Below, one piece after another: positions 16,908 to 27,141 of a DNA stretch of 64,000 nt; position 1 is the first letter of the stretch, and every line of letters starts with the position of its first letter. Made by a program: the position numbers and the translations under genes. The notes under the pieces were generated by a model that saw only the letters and a list, made by a program, of their open reading frames with translations, was not told the origin of the DNA and ran no database searches. Origin of the DNA: an uncultured Nitrospinota bacterium (lineage in GTDB: Bacteria > Tectomicrobia > Entotheonellia > J063 > CAVPRW01); contig CAVPRW010000022.1 in NCBI GenBank assembly GCA_963707985.1, positions 1 through 64,000 on the forward strand, given 5' to 3'.

Positions 16908-17666
16908 GCCCGAAGAACCTCCGACAGATTTGAGCACAGTATCAAAATAACCGGTGCCCATATAGCCTAATATTGCCCCGACAACAAATGCCCCGTAGAA
17001 ATCTTCTAGAGTAACAAATCCCTTAGACGATTCTTGACGGGAGAGCACTATCGCCAGAATGATAGCCATGACGATGATTCCTAGAATGCTTATTATCCCA
17101 CTGGTAACCGAAAGCGTATCGAGCGCTGAGCTGGAGTTTAATTGACGCGCTAGCCATCCGAGCATCCCACCGGAAACTGTGCCAAGTACAATCGATCTCA
17201 CCGGCGGCTGTATTGACAATGTTACCGGGACAATTTGGCTTCGCGGTTCACTACCAACGCGGTATCGAATAAGCGCATATAGCTCAAGTGTTTTCGGTTT
17301 TACTATTAGCCAATGAGCAGTTTGCAATTCAAACGATGCTAGGTCCTCTTGCTGTGGAGCGATTGTCCGCTCTTCACGATGCGCCGTCGCTTCAGCGCGA
17401 CCGTTTTCGCTTGGGACATCAAAGATGACTTCTACTCCCTCAGCGTTATTGATGTGGACGGCGTCGTTAGGGCCGAAGGGAGTTTTTACAATGAACTTTG
17501 AGTTTGGTTCCATATTGACATGTATGGCCCGACCAGCTTTTTGAGGAAACTCCGCGACAAGTGGCCCAATATGCATCTCTTGGATTCGAAGTCCCTCAAG
17601 TGCTGCGACGAAGCCTCGCCAAATTGACCCCTTCCGGTCTAATGGTTGCTTTCCATATGTGTCCAC
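16902..17666 (-). CDS. Hypothetical membrane protein with about 3 C-terminal TM helices (cassette, possibly 5'-truncated)
   Basis: Hydrophobic C-terminal segments; TAA within the attC R''. Confidence 0.7.
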   Translation of the reverse strand: MDTYGKQPLDRKGSIWRGFVAALEGLRIQEMHIGPLVAEFPQKAGRAIHVNMEPNSKFIVKTPFGPNDAVHINNAEGVEVIFDVPSENGRAEATAHREERTIAPQQEDLASFELQTAHWLIVKPKTLELYALIRYRVGSEPRSQIVPVTLSIQPPVRSIVLGTVSGGMLGWLARQLNSSSALDTLSVTSGIISILGIIVMAIILAIVLSRQESSKGFVTLEDFYGAFVVGAILGYMGTGYFDTVLKSVGGSSGT

Positions 17667-17725
17667 TTAAGCTGCTGCCTTTGTATGACCGGGACTTACG
17701 TTCCCACTGTTGGCCGGTTTGTGCG

Positions 17726-18048
17726 CATGGGGCTGGCAGTGTGTCTTTCCCGCGCGGTATCTTGCCGTAGATCCACGTGCTGGCCTCACCCGTCGCCATC
17801 ATGTTGACCCCCGCGTCATCAACAAGGCGATCAAGGTGGCGGTGCGCCGGGCCGGTCTGACCAAGCCCATCAGCGCCCACACCTTTCGTCATTCTTTTGC
17901 CACCCACCTGCGGCAACGCGGTACGGATATCCGCACGATTCAGCACCTGCTCGGGCACCACGATGTCGCTACCACGAGGATCTATACCCATGTCCTGCAG
18001 CAGGGAGGCCAGGGCGTGCCGAGTCCCTTGGACGATCTCGGCGTTTGA
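17726..18048 (+). pseudogene. intI: Integron integrase, C-terminal remnant
   Basis: WGWQCVFPA...RRHHV (integron-specific region), [20 protein letters not shown]...SPLD; N-terminal two thirds absent. Confidence 0.9.
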
Positions 18049-18067
18049 TCTGCATCCTTTCCTGTCT

Positions 18068-18100
18068 GCCGAACGTGTTATTATACACCGACCCGTACGG
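18068..18100 (-). other. Possible attI-like simple site downstream of intI
   Basis: GGTCGGTGTATAATAACAC-GTTCGGC; same core and orientation as the array; no complementary arm. Confidence 0.4.
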
Positions 18101-18479
18101 CGGAGGGTGCACACGTGGGCCTGCCGTTTGGGCTAGAGGAACTGGTGGTGCGGACGTCAGGATATGCTTCAAGACCATGTTCTCTCGACCTCTCGCAGAA
18201 CGCCAGTTTGGGGGATGTCTAGGGTGATTGAGCGAGCAGGCCGCCTTTACCCACACCATCTCCCAGAGGGAGCGGCGATGAAAAACCTACCCCGGAGAGC
18301 GTGGGGGGCGGGGAGAAAGACGGCGTTCCTGACGGAATCTCTCCTTCTTCTGGTGCCTATACGGGAGTCTGGAGAGAGCTGCTGACTGGAAGGTGAGTTC
18401 ACACAGGACCGGCTCTGCGTACGATATGGCAGTGCATCGCGTGGGCAAGCACGAGGGTGGGTAGCAGAGGGGGTGAGAT

Positions 18480-19870
18480 ATGGCAAGCGACAACGGCACG
18501 GAGATCAGGGGGCTCGCAGCCACTGGGGTGTGTGGCTCCGGGTTTCACGAAGCGTCCCTGGCCGAGGCGATGCGTCGGCAGCCGCATTTTATGGGCTGCG
18601 ATTGTGGGTCGACCGACCCGGGGCCCTATCCGCTGGGGGCCGGCACCACGGCCTTTCCACGCGTCGCTATTAAACGGGACTTGCGCTTGATGCTGCTAGC
18701 GGCACGGCAAGCAAGTATTCCGCTGCTGCTCGGATCGGCTGGGACAGCTGGCGGCGTTCCGCATGTCGCCGTCGTCAAAGATATCCTGACCGAGATTGCC
18801 GCTGAGGAGGGTCTGAGCTTCTCCCTCGCGCTCATCCAGGCCGAACAGGACAAGACATACCTCAAACAGCGCCTACACGAAGGGCGGATCAGGCCCCTCA
18901 AGCCAGCTCCGTCGTTCGATGAGGCGGTGATCGACCGCTCAACGCGTATCGTCGGCATGATGGGGTCCGAGCCGTATCTTCGGGCCCTCGATAATGGGGC
19001 AGAGTTGGTGCTGGCTGGCCGCTCGAGCGACACGGCAATCTTCGCCGGCATTCCGGTGCATGCCGGCATCCCCGCTGGCATCGCCTGGCATGCGGCCAAG
19101 ATCTTCGAGTGCGGTGCCGCCTCGGTGGAGCAGCGCACATCGCCGGACTGCCTGATGGTGACCTGCCGGGCGGATCATTTCGATGTCGAGCCTCTTGACC
19201 CGACGCTGCGCTGTACGCCCCAGAGTATCGCCTCACACAGCCTCTACGACAATGCTGATCCATACTTGCATGAAGAATCGAACGGCACGATCGATTTGAC
19301 GCACTCACAGTATGAAGCGCTCGACGATCGCCGCGTCCGCGTGACGGGAAGCCAATTCATTCCGGCAGAGCGCTATACGGTGAAGCTGGAAGGTGCCGAA
19401 AAGGTGGACTACCAGAGTGTCGTCATCGGCTCGATTCGCAATCCCTTCATCATCCGCCAGATCGACGACTGGGTGGCGCGCGTCTACGAACGGATGCATG
19501 CGCTGGTTGCAGACGTGTACGGCGAAGCGTTATCGCGGCAGGACTATACGTTTTACATCCGCGTCTACGGCAAGAACGGCACCATAGGATCGCTTGAACC
19601 AGTCAAGGACAGCCATACGCATGAGCTCTGCCTGCTGTTCGAGGTCACGGCGCCAACCGAGGAGATCGCCTCCGCCATCGCCGCCATGACCAGGCATCAG
19701 GCTATCCATCTGCCGATTCCCGAGTGGGGCGGCCTGATCACCGGGATGGCCTGTCCCTATAACCCGGCCTATCTGGAACGTGGGGCGGTCATCGATTCTG
19801 TGTCAATCACGTGGTTGAGCCCGACGATCCCTATGAGATGGTCTCCATCGAATACATCGATGTGCATTGA
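18480..19870 (+). CDS. AtuA-like (acyclic terpene utilisation family) protein; 1-nt frameshift near 19790
   Basis: DCGSTDPGPYPLG, GSAGTAG, GRSSD, WHAAKIFECG; the alternate frame gives RFCVNHVVEPDDP. Confidence 0.8.
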
Positions 19871-19894
19871 AAAACCGATCTGCAGTAGGAGGCG

Positions 19895-20212
19895 ATGATG
19901 GCGACCCTGGGAGAGCTTGCACGTCTCATCCGCAGTAAAAATGCTGGCCCCTTTGAGCTGACGTTTGACATCATGTTCGCCAAGCCAGAAGTCTATGAAC
20001 GCGTCAGAGATTCCGGAGCGCTCAGCCGCGAAGTCGTTGCCGCGCATTACGGCTTACTCCCGGACGACGTGAAATTTTTCGTCTGCGATAATGCCCTGGC
20101 CTTCAAGGCGTCGATCCCTCGCCCCAACTTCCAGGGTGACCTGTTCGACAGTGACAACCATGGTGGGCAGCAATACGCACCACTGATGGGTATCGAGATT
20201 CCTGGGTTATAA
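19895..20212 (+). CDS. DUF4387 family protein
   Basis: IRSKNAGPFELTFDIMF...D.HGGQQYAPL; usual partner of AtuA-like genes. Confidence 0.85.
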   Translation: MMATLGELARLIRSKNAGPFELTFDIMFAKPEVYERVRDSGALSREVVAAHYGLLPDDVKFFVCDNALAFKASIPRPNFQGDLFDSDNHGGQQYAPLMGIEIPGL

Positions 20213-20257
20213 TTGCACCGGGTCCTCACCCCTGAGGTCGTCGAAGGGAGGATATCC

Positions 20258-20400
20258 ATGCACGTCGGCGTCAACGTCCCGATCATCGACTTCCGAGCTG
20301 ATCTCGTGGGGCTGCGCGACTTCCTTCGGGCAGCGGAGGAGCCGGGATATGGCCATGTGCGAATGCTCGACCACGTGCTGGGCGCCGACCTACAGTTCCC
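20258..20400 (+). pseudogene. N-terminal fragment of an LLM/F420-dependent oxidoreductase
   Basis: MHVGVNVP...RDFLRAAEEPGYGHVRMLDHVLG, then loss of similarity. Confidence 0.6.
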
Positions 20401-20438
20401 TATCCGTTTCAATCAGGTATCGATAAGGAGGTGTTGCC

Positions 20439-21437
20439 ATGCGGAGCATCGACATTCATGCGCATCTAATGCCGCAGAGTCTCTGGAAGACCGTTGACGC
20501 CGGGCAGGCCTGGCATGGTTTCCGACTCGAACCTGGACCTGGGTTGGGGGCCGTGGTGCGCGGCGACAAACGAGTTGGCTTGCAAACACCCAAACTGCGC
20601 TTCACGCCAGAAGAGCGCCTGAAGGATATGGATGATCAGGGTGTGGACGTGCAAGTGGTCTCGATCCATACGCCATTGTTCAGCTATGATGTCGATTCGG
20701 CTCAGGCTCAGCAATTAGCTCGAGAGGTGAACGACGAAATTGCCTCCATGACCCGGCAGTGGCCGCATCGATTCGCTGGGTTGGCTACCCTGCCGGTGCA
20801 GGATGTCGGCGCCGCCGTGGCGGAGCTCGATCGTGCCGTCCATACCCTCGGCCTCAAAGGTGCCGAGTTGGACACCGTAGTAAATGGCCAGACCTGGGAT
20901 GAGCCGCATTTTGTGCCGTTGTTCAAGGCTGCGGAAGCGATGGGCGCGGTGTTGTTTTTTCACCCCCAGCCCCAGGATAATCTGGTCCTAGCCTTTACCG
21001 AGAAGTTCAATTTGGCCAATAGCATCGGTGTGCCCGTGGAAGATGCCTTGCTCGTCGCCACGCTCATTTTCGGGGGCATCTTCGACACCTGCCCGGATCT
21101 CAAGGTGTGCATCGCCCACGGGGGTGGGCCAGCCTGTTTTGGCATGGGTCGCATGGATCGGGGTTGGCAGGTCCGATCCGAGGCTCGTGTGCACATTCAG
21201 CACCCACCTAGCACCTATCAACGCCATTTCTATTATGACTGCGTAACGAACAGCGAGGTTGCCTTACGCTTTCTTATCGACCAGGTTGGCGCGGACCGCG
21301 TCGTGCTCGGCAGCGATTGGCCATTCGTGGGTTGGGATCCCTCACCTCCGGGGTGGGTGCAAAGCTTGGCAAGTCTCACTCAGGAGGAAAAAGACAAGAT
21401 TCTGTGGAAAAATTTGGAGCCGCTTCTGGGGCTCTAA
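20439..21437 (+). CDS. Amidohydrolase_2 family protein (ACMSD-like)
   Basis: IDIHAH, FFHP, AHGGG, LGSDWPF. Confidence 0.9.
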   Translation: MRSIDIHAHLMPQSLWKTVDAGQAWHGFRLEPGPGLGAVVRGDKRVGLQTPKLRFTPEERLKDMDDQGVDVQVVSIHTPLFSYDVDSAQAQQLAREVNDEIASMTRQWPHRFAGLATLPVQDVGAAVAELDRAVHTLGLKGAELDTVVNGQTWDEPHFVPLFKAAEAMGAVLFFHPQPQDNLVLAFTEKFNLANSIGVPVEDALLVATLIFGGIFDTCPDLKVCIAHGGGPACFGMGRMDRGWQVRSEARVHIQHPPSTYQRHFYYDCVTNSEVALRFLIDQVGADRVVLGSDWPFVGWDPSPPGWVQSLASLTQEEKDKILWKNLEPLLGL

Positions 21438-21505
21438 TGCTGGCTTGCGGCCCGTCTATCCTGCGAACAAACGGGCGCCTGCATGTTCCGGAAGGGAGCG
21501 TTGCC

Positions 21506-22423
21506 ATGATTAAAAATCCGGTTCCCTGGCCGAATGGCGCGCGATGCGCCGTCGCGTTTACCTTCGATATGGACGCTGATAGCATTCTGCATCTGGCGCA
21601 TCATACATCCGCCGATACCCGTGTGGCGGCGCTGTCCATGCTACGATACGGGCCCGAAGTCGCAGTACCGCGCCTGGTCGACCTCTACGCCGAGTTTGGG
21701 ATGCGACAGACGTTCTTTCTCCCCGCCTGGTGTATGGAACACTACCCCACAGCGGTCGAGACGATTCTACAGGGCGGCCACGAAATCGCCCATCATGGTT
21801 ATCTGCATGAACACCCGAATGCCTGTGAGCCCGAGCAGGAGGCGTCCTGGTTTCGACGTGCGCGTGAGGTGATCGAGCGCCTGACCGGCCAGTCGCCCCG
21901 AGGATTCCGCGCCCCTTCCTATCGGTTCTCCCGCGTCAGCCTAGACATCCTCGTCCGCGAGGGGCTGCTCTATGATGCATCACTCATGGGCGACGACATC
22001 CCATATGTACTGGATAATGGATATGGACAGGTGATCGAGTTACCGACGCACTACGCCATGGATGACTGGCCACACTTCATGGCCTCGAGAGATCTTGCCT
22101 ATTTGATGCCGCCGCGGTCGCCTCAGCAGGCAATGGAGGTTTATCAGGCCGAATTCGATGCCATGTGGGAATATGGGGGACTCTGGATTGCCGTCTGGCA
22201 TCCTTTTTTGAGTGGCCGGCTAGCCCGCTGCGTAGCCATCGCCAGGCTGATCGAGTACATGCACAGCAAGGGACGTGTGTGGTTTGCTACCCTTGAAGAC
22301 ATTGCCACACACGTCACGCGGGTCATTGCCGACGGCAGTTGGACCCCACGGATCGATCGCTTGCCCTATTATGACGGACCCATTCCGGAGCTCGGCCAGG
22401 CCACGTCGACACTTGCCCCGTAA
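21506..22423 (+). CDS. Polysaccharide deacetylase / PuuE-like (CE4) protein
   Basis: TFDMDA, HEIAHHGYLHE, GFRAP, WHPFLSGR. Confidence 0.9.
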   Translation: MIKNPVPWPNGARCAVAFTFDMDADSILHLAHHTSADTRVAALSMLRYGPEVAVPRLVDLYAEFGMRQTFFLPAWCMEHYPTAVETILQGGHEIAHHGYLHEHPNACEPEQEASWFRRAREVIERLTGQSPRGFRAPSYRFSRVSLDILVREGLLYDASLMGDDIPYVLDNGYGQVIELPTHYAMDDWPHFMASRDLAYLMPPRSPQQAMEVYQAEFDAMWEYGGLWIAVWHPFLSGRLARCVAIARLIEYMHSKGRVWFATLEDIATHVTRVIADGSWTPRIDRLPYYDGPIPELGQATSTLAP

Positions 22424-22540
22424 CCGGACATTGCAACAATTGGGTGCTATCCTATGATGGAAGGACTATCAAGTGCCGAAGCTAGGGATGGAGAAGAGGA
22501 ATTTGTATGAGGAAGAGCTGCTACTAGAGAGCTATCAACT

Positions 22541-22578
22541 CCTTCAGCCCCTCCTGGAATGTGCGGAAGGGCTGAAGG
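22541..22578. terminator. Hairpin between convergent genes
   Basis: CCTTCAGCCC...GGGCTGAAGG 10-bp stem; no clear U tract. Confidence 0.4.
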
Positions 22579-22607
22579 GGCTATGGCGGAAGCGATCGGC
22601 TTAGCCG

Positions 22608-22895
22608 CTAGTCAGCTGCGACCAACGACTCTATCTTAGCCTTGATCACGCCCCTCAGTTGCCGCACAATGCTCAGATCCGGGTAAACGTTTCCAGCTTC
22701 CTTTTTGTCCCAGATCTTCTCGCCGTCCAGGTAAACTTCGAAACGGCCGTTTGCACCAGGAGTTAGGGAGATCCCGACGTCACCACCGAAAGTCCTGAAG
22801 AATTCATTGGCCACCCACGTGGCCGTGGCGTGATGTTGTCAGGCGACGCAGTATAGGATATCCACGAGAACTTTCCACTCACCATTTGTGGCCAT
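22608..22895 (-). CDS. SelT/SelW/SelH (Rdx) family selenoprotein; Sec at TGA 22839-22841
   Basis: RBS AGGAGG, MATNGEWKVLVDILYCVA-U-QHH...GRFEVYLDGEKIWDKK...YPD; CxxU; downstream hairpin GGCCAC-GTGG-GTGGCC. Confidence 0.88.
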
Positions 22896-22963
22896 GTTCA
22901 CCCTCCTTACATCTAGGTTGCCACCCTGCACTTACACGACATAACAGTGTGAAACTACCCTTT

Positions 22964-22991
22964 ATTCTACGCATTTTGGCGATAATGTCAA
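22964..22991 (-). promoter_or_regulatory. sigma70-like promoter of the Rdx gene
   Basis: TTGACA-N16-TAGAAT. Confidence 0.55.
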
Positions 22992-23099
22992 GCATTCGGC
23001 TTCCTGTGCTACCGCTTCACTAGATGTGAGGATCTTCTACGTAGCTCCATGGCGTACCAAACAGAGCGTGCACCTATGGGTGCCAAGGATCGCACCTCG

Positions 23100-23870
23100 C
23101 TATCGGAGTCCGTCGATGATCTTAATTTCGGCGGCACTGGTCCACGGCCGATTATCGGCTGCCGAAGTCGCCACGAGTTTGATGTATCGCCCCTGCTGGC
23201 CAAGGTCTTTCACGGCGATTTTCTCGCTCCCTGGCCCATCCCAGGAGCCGCTCATCCAGGGCGTCGTACTCCATACATCGCGCTGAAGACTGACATAGAT
23301 CTCATAGCCTATAATGGTACCGTTCATGTTGCCGTCCAACCGTGGCACGTAGATGATCCCATACACCGTGCGTACGGCACCTAAATCCAGGATAATGTAA
23401 TGCGGGTGCCGTGGCACCTCCCGCCCACACCACTGCGTATGCCAGATGGTCGCCAGGTCACTGTCCAAGACGTTGCGCGCCGCCCCATTCTCCCCCGCCC
23501 TTTCTTCGCTATCAACGTCTACTACCCGTGGGAAGCTGGGGGTCGGCTCGGACGACGTTACCAGGTGATTTCGTTTATCGGAGAAGTCGCTCGTCTTGCC
23601 ATCATCCCCATAGGCCTGTACTGCAAACGTATATGAGGTGTTTGCCGCCAACCCTTCCACTGTATACTGCGTCACAGTGCATACGTCTACCACCTTCGTA
23701 TACCAGTTGGGACCAGGCGTGTCGGTAGGGCCATAGAAGAGTCTGTAGCCCCTGACTTCGGTCGAGGGGCTTGGAGGATCCCATGCCAGCGTGACGGAGC
23801 CGGCCTGGACCGTCAATATGGAGCCAAGTACTCCTGCTAACAGCCACATGCCAATTGCTCTGCTGTTCAT
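23100..23870 (-). CDS. Secreted fibronectin type III plus F5/8 type C (discoidin) domain protein
   Basis: Signal peptide; VTLAWD...YTVEGL...YTFAVQAY; IWHTQW...HYIILDLG...YVPR...SAAEI. Confidence 0.8.
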   Translation of the reverse strand: MNSRAIGMWLLAGVLGSILTVQAGSVTLAWDPPSPSTEVRGYRLFYGPTDTPGPNWYTKVVDVCTVTQYTVEGLAANTSYTFAVQAYGDDGKTSDFSDKRNHLVTSSEPTPSFPRVVDVDSEERAGENGAARNVLDSDLATIWHTQWCGREVPRHPHYIILDLGAVRTVYGIIYVPRLDGNMNGTIIGYEIYVSLQRDVWSTTPWMSGSWDGPGSEKIAVKDLGQQGRYIKLVATSAADNRPWTSAAEIKIIDGLR

Positions 23871-24882
23871 AGCTGTGTACACCTCATCTAGAGCGAGCCA
23901 TTGCGGGAACAGGTGGTGGTACACAACCTTCCTATGCTGGAACGGCTCCCGGATGCCATACCGCAGGAGGAAACCACCACGATACTGGACGAGCGCTCTG
24001 GGGTGACCAGGCCAACATGCGGTCCGACTGGATGGTAACGAGCAGAAATATCTCTACGTCGGCGTTAGCCCTCTGAGTAGGAGGGGATTATGCATAGATG
24101 AGAAGTCCGGGCCTCATGAAGAACTTAGACCCGGCGGGAAGACTGGGTATGAGAAGAGATATGCAAGGCGGGTTTGAGCTGACGAGAGGCATGTTCATGA
24201 TCCTTATCGGGTACGGCATCCATCAGCGGTCCATTCACAGGAAGATGGCGAAAGTGTAAGAGAGCAGATTACTCGGAGTCAACTAAAATCTGCAGCAAGT
24301 ATCTGGCCTTCAGGGCTACCCTTGCTAATGATCGTTGCGGACCCACCCGACGGGTGGGCACGTTCGAGGCCGAAGTCGTCCAATCTCGTATGTTCTGCCC
24401 AACCTGCTTATACGAATAGACATGAGGCCAGTTCGATTCCGAAGCGCCCATTGCTGCCTGAGATCATCCCCAATAGCCGGCCCCAGGGAAATGCCTGCTC
24501 CGAGCTCTCTGGATATAGTGAACGCAGGGCAGGTCCTGGAAATGGGAAAAGGGTAAGTCAATCCGCCACGAGGCGGACGCTCACCGGCCACGCACCCAGA
24601 AATGCTCGAATCTGTGGGATGCGGACACGATCGCCAGGCAAGAGAACCCTCCGGGCCGAGGCCGTCGGCGTTGGGTACAAGTGCAACGGACTGGCGACGC
24701 CAGTAAGGTCCCAAATGCTATCAGGGAGGTAATCTTGGGGCGATACGGCTTGAGCGAAACTTGATGGAGGGTGAGATGCGGTGCCGGAGCATGCAGCCGC
24801 TACAACTGCCGCTCCGGCGATCAACTCAGGCTGGCTGGTTCAGGAACCGATCAGATGCCTACCGGCCCTGATCCCAACCAGG

Positions 24883-25890
24883 CTACACCAATACCGGATC
24901 CCTGGACTTGGTGTATACCTGAATCCTTCCTCGGGTGGAATCAAGCACGGCAATGCGGCAGTCATCGTCGACCCGTACTGCACATGGGTGCGAGAACGAC
25001 TTCTCAAACACTCCATGGTCGTTGGCCATAGCCAGGGCACGCTGGCGGATCATGTCCGGGTTGGATAACAGTTTCTCTTTACCCCAGGTCGACAGCTGGT
25101 GATCGCCGGTGAGTGCAGCAATGAACCGCCCATCCGGGGCCAGGACCTGCAGGCGGTCATTTTGCCGATCGGCAACGTAGATTTCGCCATCTTTGTCCAC
25201 TGCCACGCCACTGGGACGGTTGAACTGCCCAATACCCTTCCCTGAGCTCCCGAAGCTGGCGAGCCATTGTCCATCGGGCGAGAACTTCTGGATGCGGTCG
25301 TTGCGCCAGTCGGCCACATACACCTGGCCATCCGTGTCCAGGGCGATACCCCAGGGCACATTCAACTGCCCAGGGCCGTTGCCGAAGCTCCCGAACTGGC
25401 CCAGATAGTGGCCGTCGAGAGTGAACTTCTGCACTCGATGATTACGGCTATCGACCAGGAATATCGTCCCATCGTTGCTGATAACCAGTCCCGCCGGGCC
25501 ATGAAGTTCCCCATCTCCAGCGCCGGGCTTGCCCCATTTGCGCACAAACTGGCCATCCTTGGTAAAGATGGAGATGCGATTCAGCCACTCGTCCGTGACG
25601 TAGACTTGCCCTTGGCTGTCCAGAGTGATGCCGGTAGGCCACACGAATTGGCCGTCGTCTTCGCCGTAATGGCCGAACTCACCGATAAACTTCTCGGCGA
25701 GCGTACAGATCGTAATATGGATGCCGTCGGGGCGGTTTTCATACGACCGGTTCACGACGTACACCAAATCATCGGCGCCCAGGGCAAGGTCCAGCGGATT
25801 TCGGAAGCCGGTCCCAGCGAACTCGTTGCGGCCGACGGAGTGGCTGTAGGCAAACGTCCAATCTTTGATGCCAAAAAAATGCGTGCTCAT
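24883..25890 (-). CDS. NHL repeat beta-propeller protein
   Basis: Repeated G.G.GQF..P.G.A.D..G.VYVAD..N.RIQ.F. Confidence 0.9.
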   Translation of the reverse strand: MSTHFFGIKDWTFAYSHSVGRNEFAGTGFRNPLDLALGADDLVYVVNRSYENRPDGIHITICTLAEKFIGEFGHYGEDDGQFVWPTGITLDSQGQVYVTDEWLNRISIFTKDGQFVRKWGKPGAGDGELHGPAGLVISNDGTIFLVDSRNHRVQKFTLDGHYLGQFGSFGNGPGQLNVPWGIALDTDGQVYVADWRNDRIQKFSPDGQWLASFGSSGKGIGQFNRPSGVAVDKDGEIYVADRQNDRLQVLAPDGRFIAALTGDHQLSTWGKEKLLSNPDMIRQRALAMANDHGVFEKSFSHPCAVRVDDDCRIAVLDSTRGRIQVYTKSRDPVLV

Positions 25891-25974
25891 AGCGCCTCCT
25901 GCGTCGACGAGCCTAGGCCCCCTTCACCCGCCTCTGTCCCCACTGGGAGAGGCGGGGAATGGGAGCCTTTGGCG

Positions 25975-27114
25975 TTAATTCAGGAATTTCACCGGATCGA
26001 ACCGACCGCCGATGATAGGAGCTGAGTTCAGGCCCAGCCAATCCTCCAGGATGGTAGTGTAGACGGAGCGGAAGTCCATACCGTGTTTCAGGTTACCTCC
26101 CTCTTCCTGCTCACTCGGTTGCAGCGAGGGATAGGTGCCATAGATGCCGCCCTTCACATGCTCCCCGACGGCGAACGCCACGCCGGCGGCGCCATGGTCG
26201 GTGCCGGAGCCGTTGTCGGAGATGCGGCGGCCGAACTCGGAGAACATGAACAGCAGGACGTTATCGCTGGCGTTATGCTGGCGCAGGTCATCATAGAACG
26301 TCCTGACGTTGTTCGACACGTCCGTCCAGAGATTGTTATGCAGGGCGGCCTGATTCGCATGGGTGTCGAACCCGTTATACGGCGAGGTGGTGTAGAGGAT
26401 CTTGGTGCCGAAGTTAGCCAGATGCGTCTGGGCAATGTTCTTCATGTAACCGCCAACGGTGCTCTTCGAGTAGGTCACATTCGAGGTGTACTTCCCCGGC
26501 GCGGTGGCCAGGATGTCGGCCCCCTTCAGGGCATCGATACCGGTACGGCGAATATAGCTCAGCGCGTATCCGGTGCCCACCGTCGGTCCATACATGCGAG
26601 CGAAGACATCCAGGGCCTGGGAACGCTGATCTTGGCCTTCAATGTCGGTCAGCAGACCGTAGGTTTCCAGGTCACCCACCGATGCCACCGGCACGCCTGC
26701 TTTGGCCAAGGCTCGTGGCAAGCCGCGGCCGAAGTTGACGCCGGTCAGCACGTTATCCGCCTTCGGGTCGATTTCCTGTAGGGCGCGGCCTAGCCAGCCA
26801 TCAACGCCGACCTGGTCCGGTTCACAGGTATGCCAGATGTCCATGGAACGGAAATGGGAGTAACTGGGATGTGGGTAGCCGATGCCCAGAAAGATGGCCA
26901 GCTTGCCCTCGTCCCAGAAAGTCTTCAAAGGCGCCATCGTCGGATGGAAGGCCAATTCGTCATTGATCGGGATGACCTTATCCGCCGGGATGCCCAGGGT
27001 GGGGCGGTAATCCCGATAGAGACCGTTAGTATAGGGAATCACGGTATTCAGGCCGTCGTTGCCGCCCGACAGGGACAGCACCGCAAACACATTGTCTTTC
27101 TTCGCGGAAGCCAT
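25975..27114 (-). CDS. DUF1501 domain protein
   Basis: LSGGNDGLNTVIP, SHFRS, FDTHANQ, SEFGR, GTDHG. Confidence 0.9.
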   Translation of the reverse strand: MASAKKDNVFAVLSLSGGNDGLNTVIPYTNGLYRDYRPTLGIPADKVIPINDELAFHPTMAPLKTFWDEGKLAIFLGIGYPHPSYSHFRSMDIWHTCEPDQVGVDGWLGRALQEIDPKADNVLTGVNFGRGLPRALAKAGVPVASVGDLETYGLLTDIEGQDQRSQALDVFARMYGPTVGTGYALSYIRRTGIDALKGADILATAPGKYTSNVTYSKSTVGGYMKNIAQTHLANFGTKILYTTSPYNGFDTHANQAALHNNLWTDVSNNVRTFYDDLRQHNASDNVLLFMFSEFGRRISDNGSGTDHGAAGVAFAVGEHVKGGIYGTYPSLQPSEQEEGGNLKHGMDFRSVYTTILEDWLGLNSAPIIGGRFDPVKFLN

Positions 27115-27141
27115 AGCTCTCTCCTCCGTTATGGATACAGT

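Noticed and set aside
25927..25956. GC-rich hairpin CCCGCCTCT...AGAGGCGGG as a REP family
   Set aside because: Only loose look-alikes elsewhere (about 31565 and 34010); no conserved family can be shown
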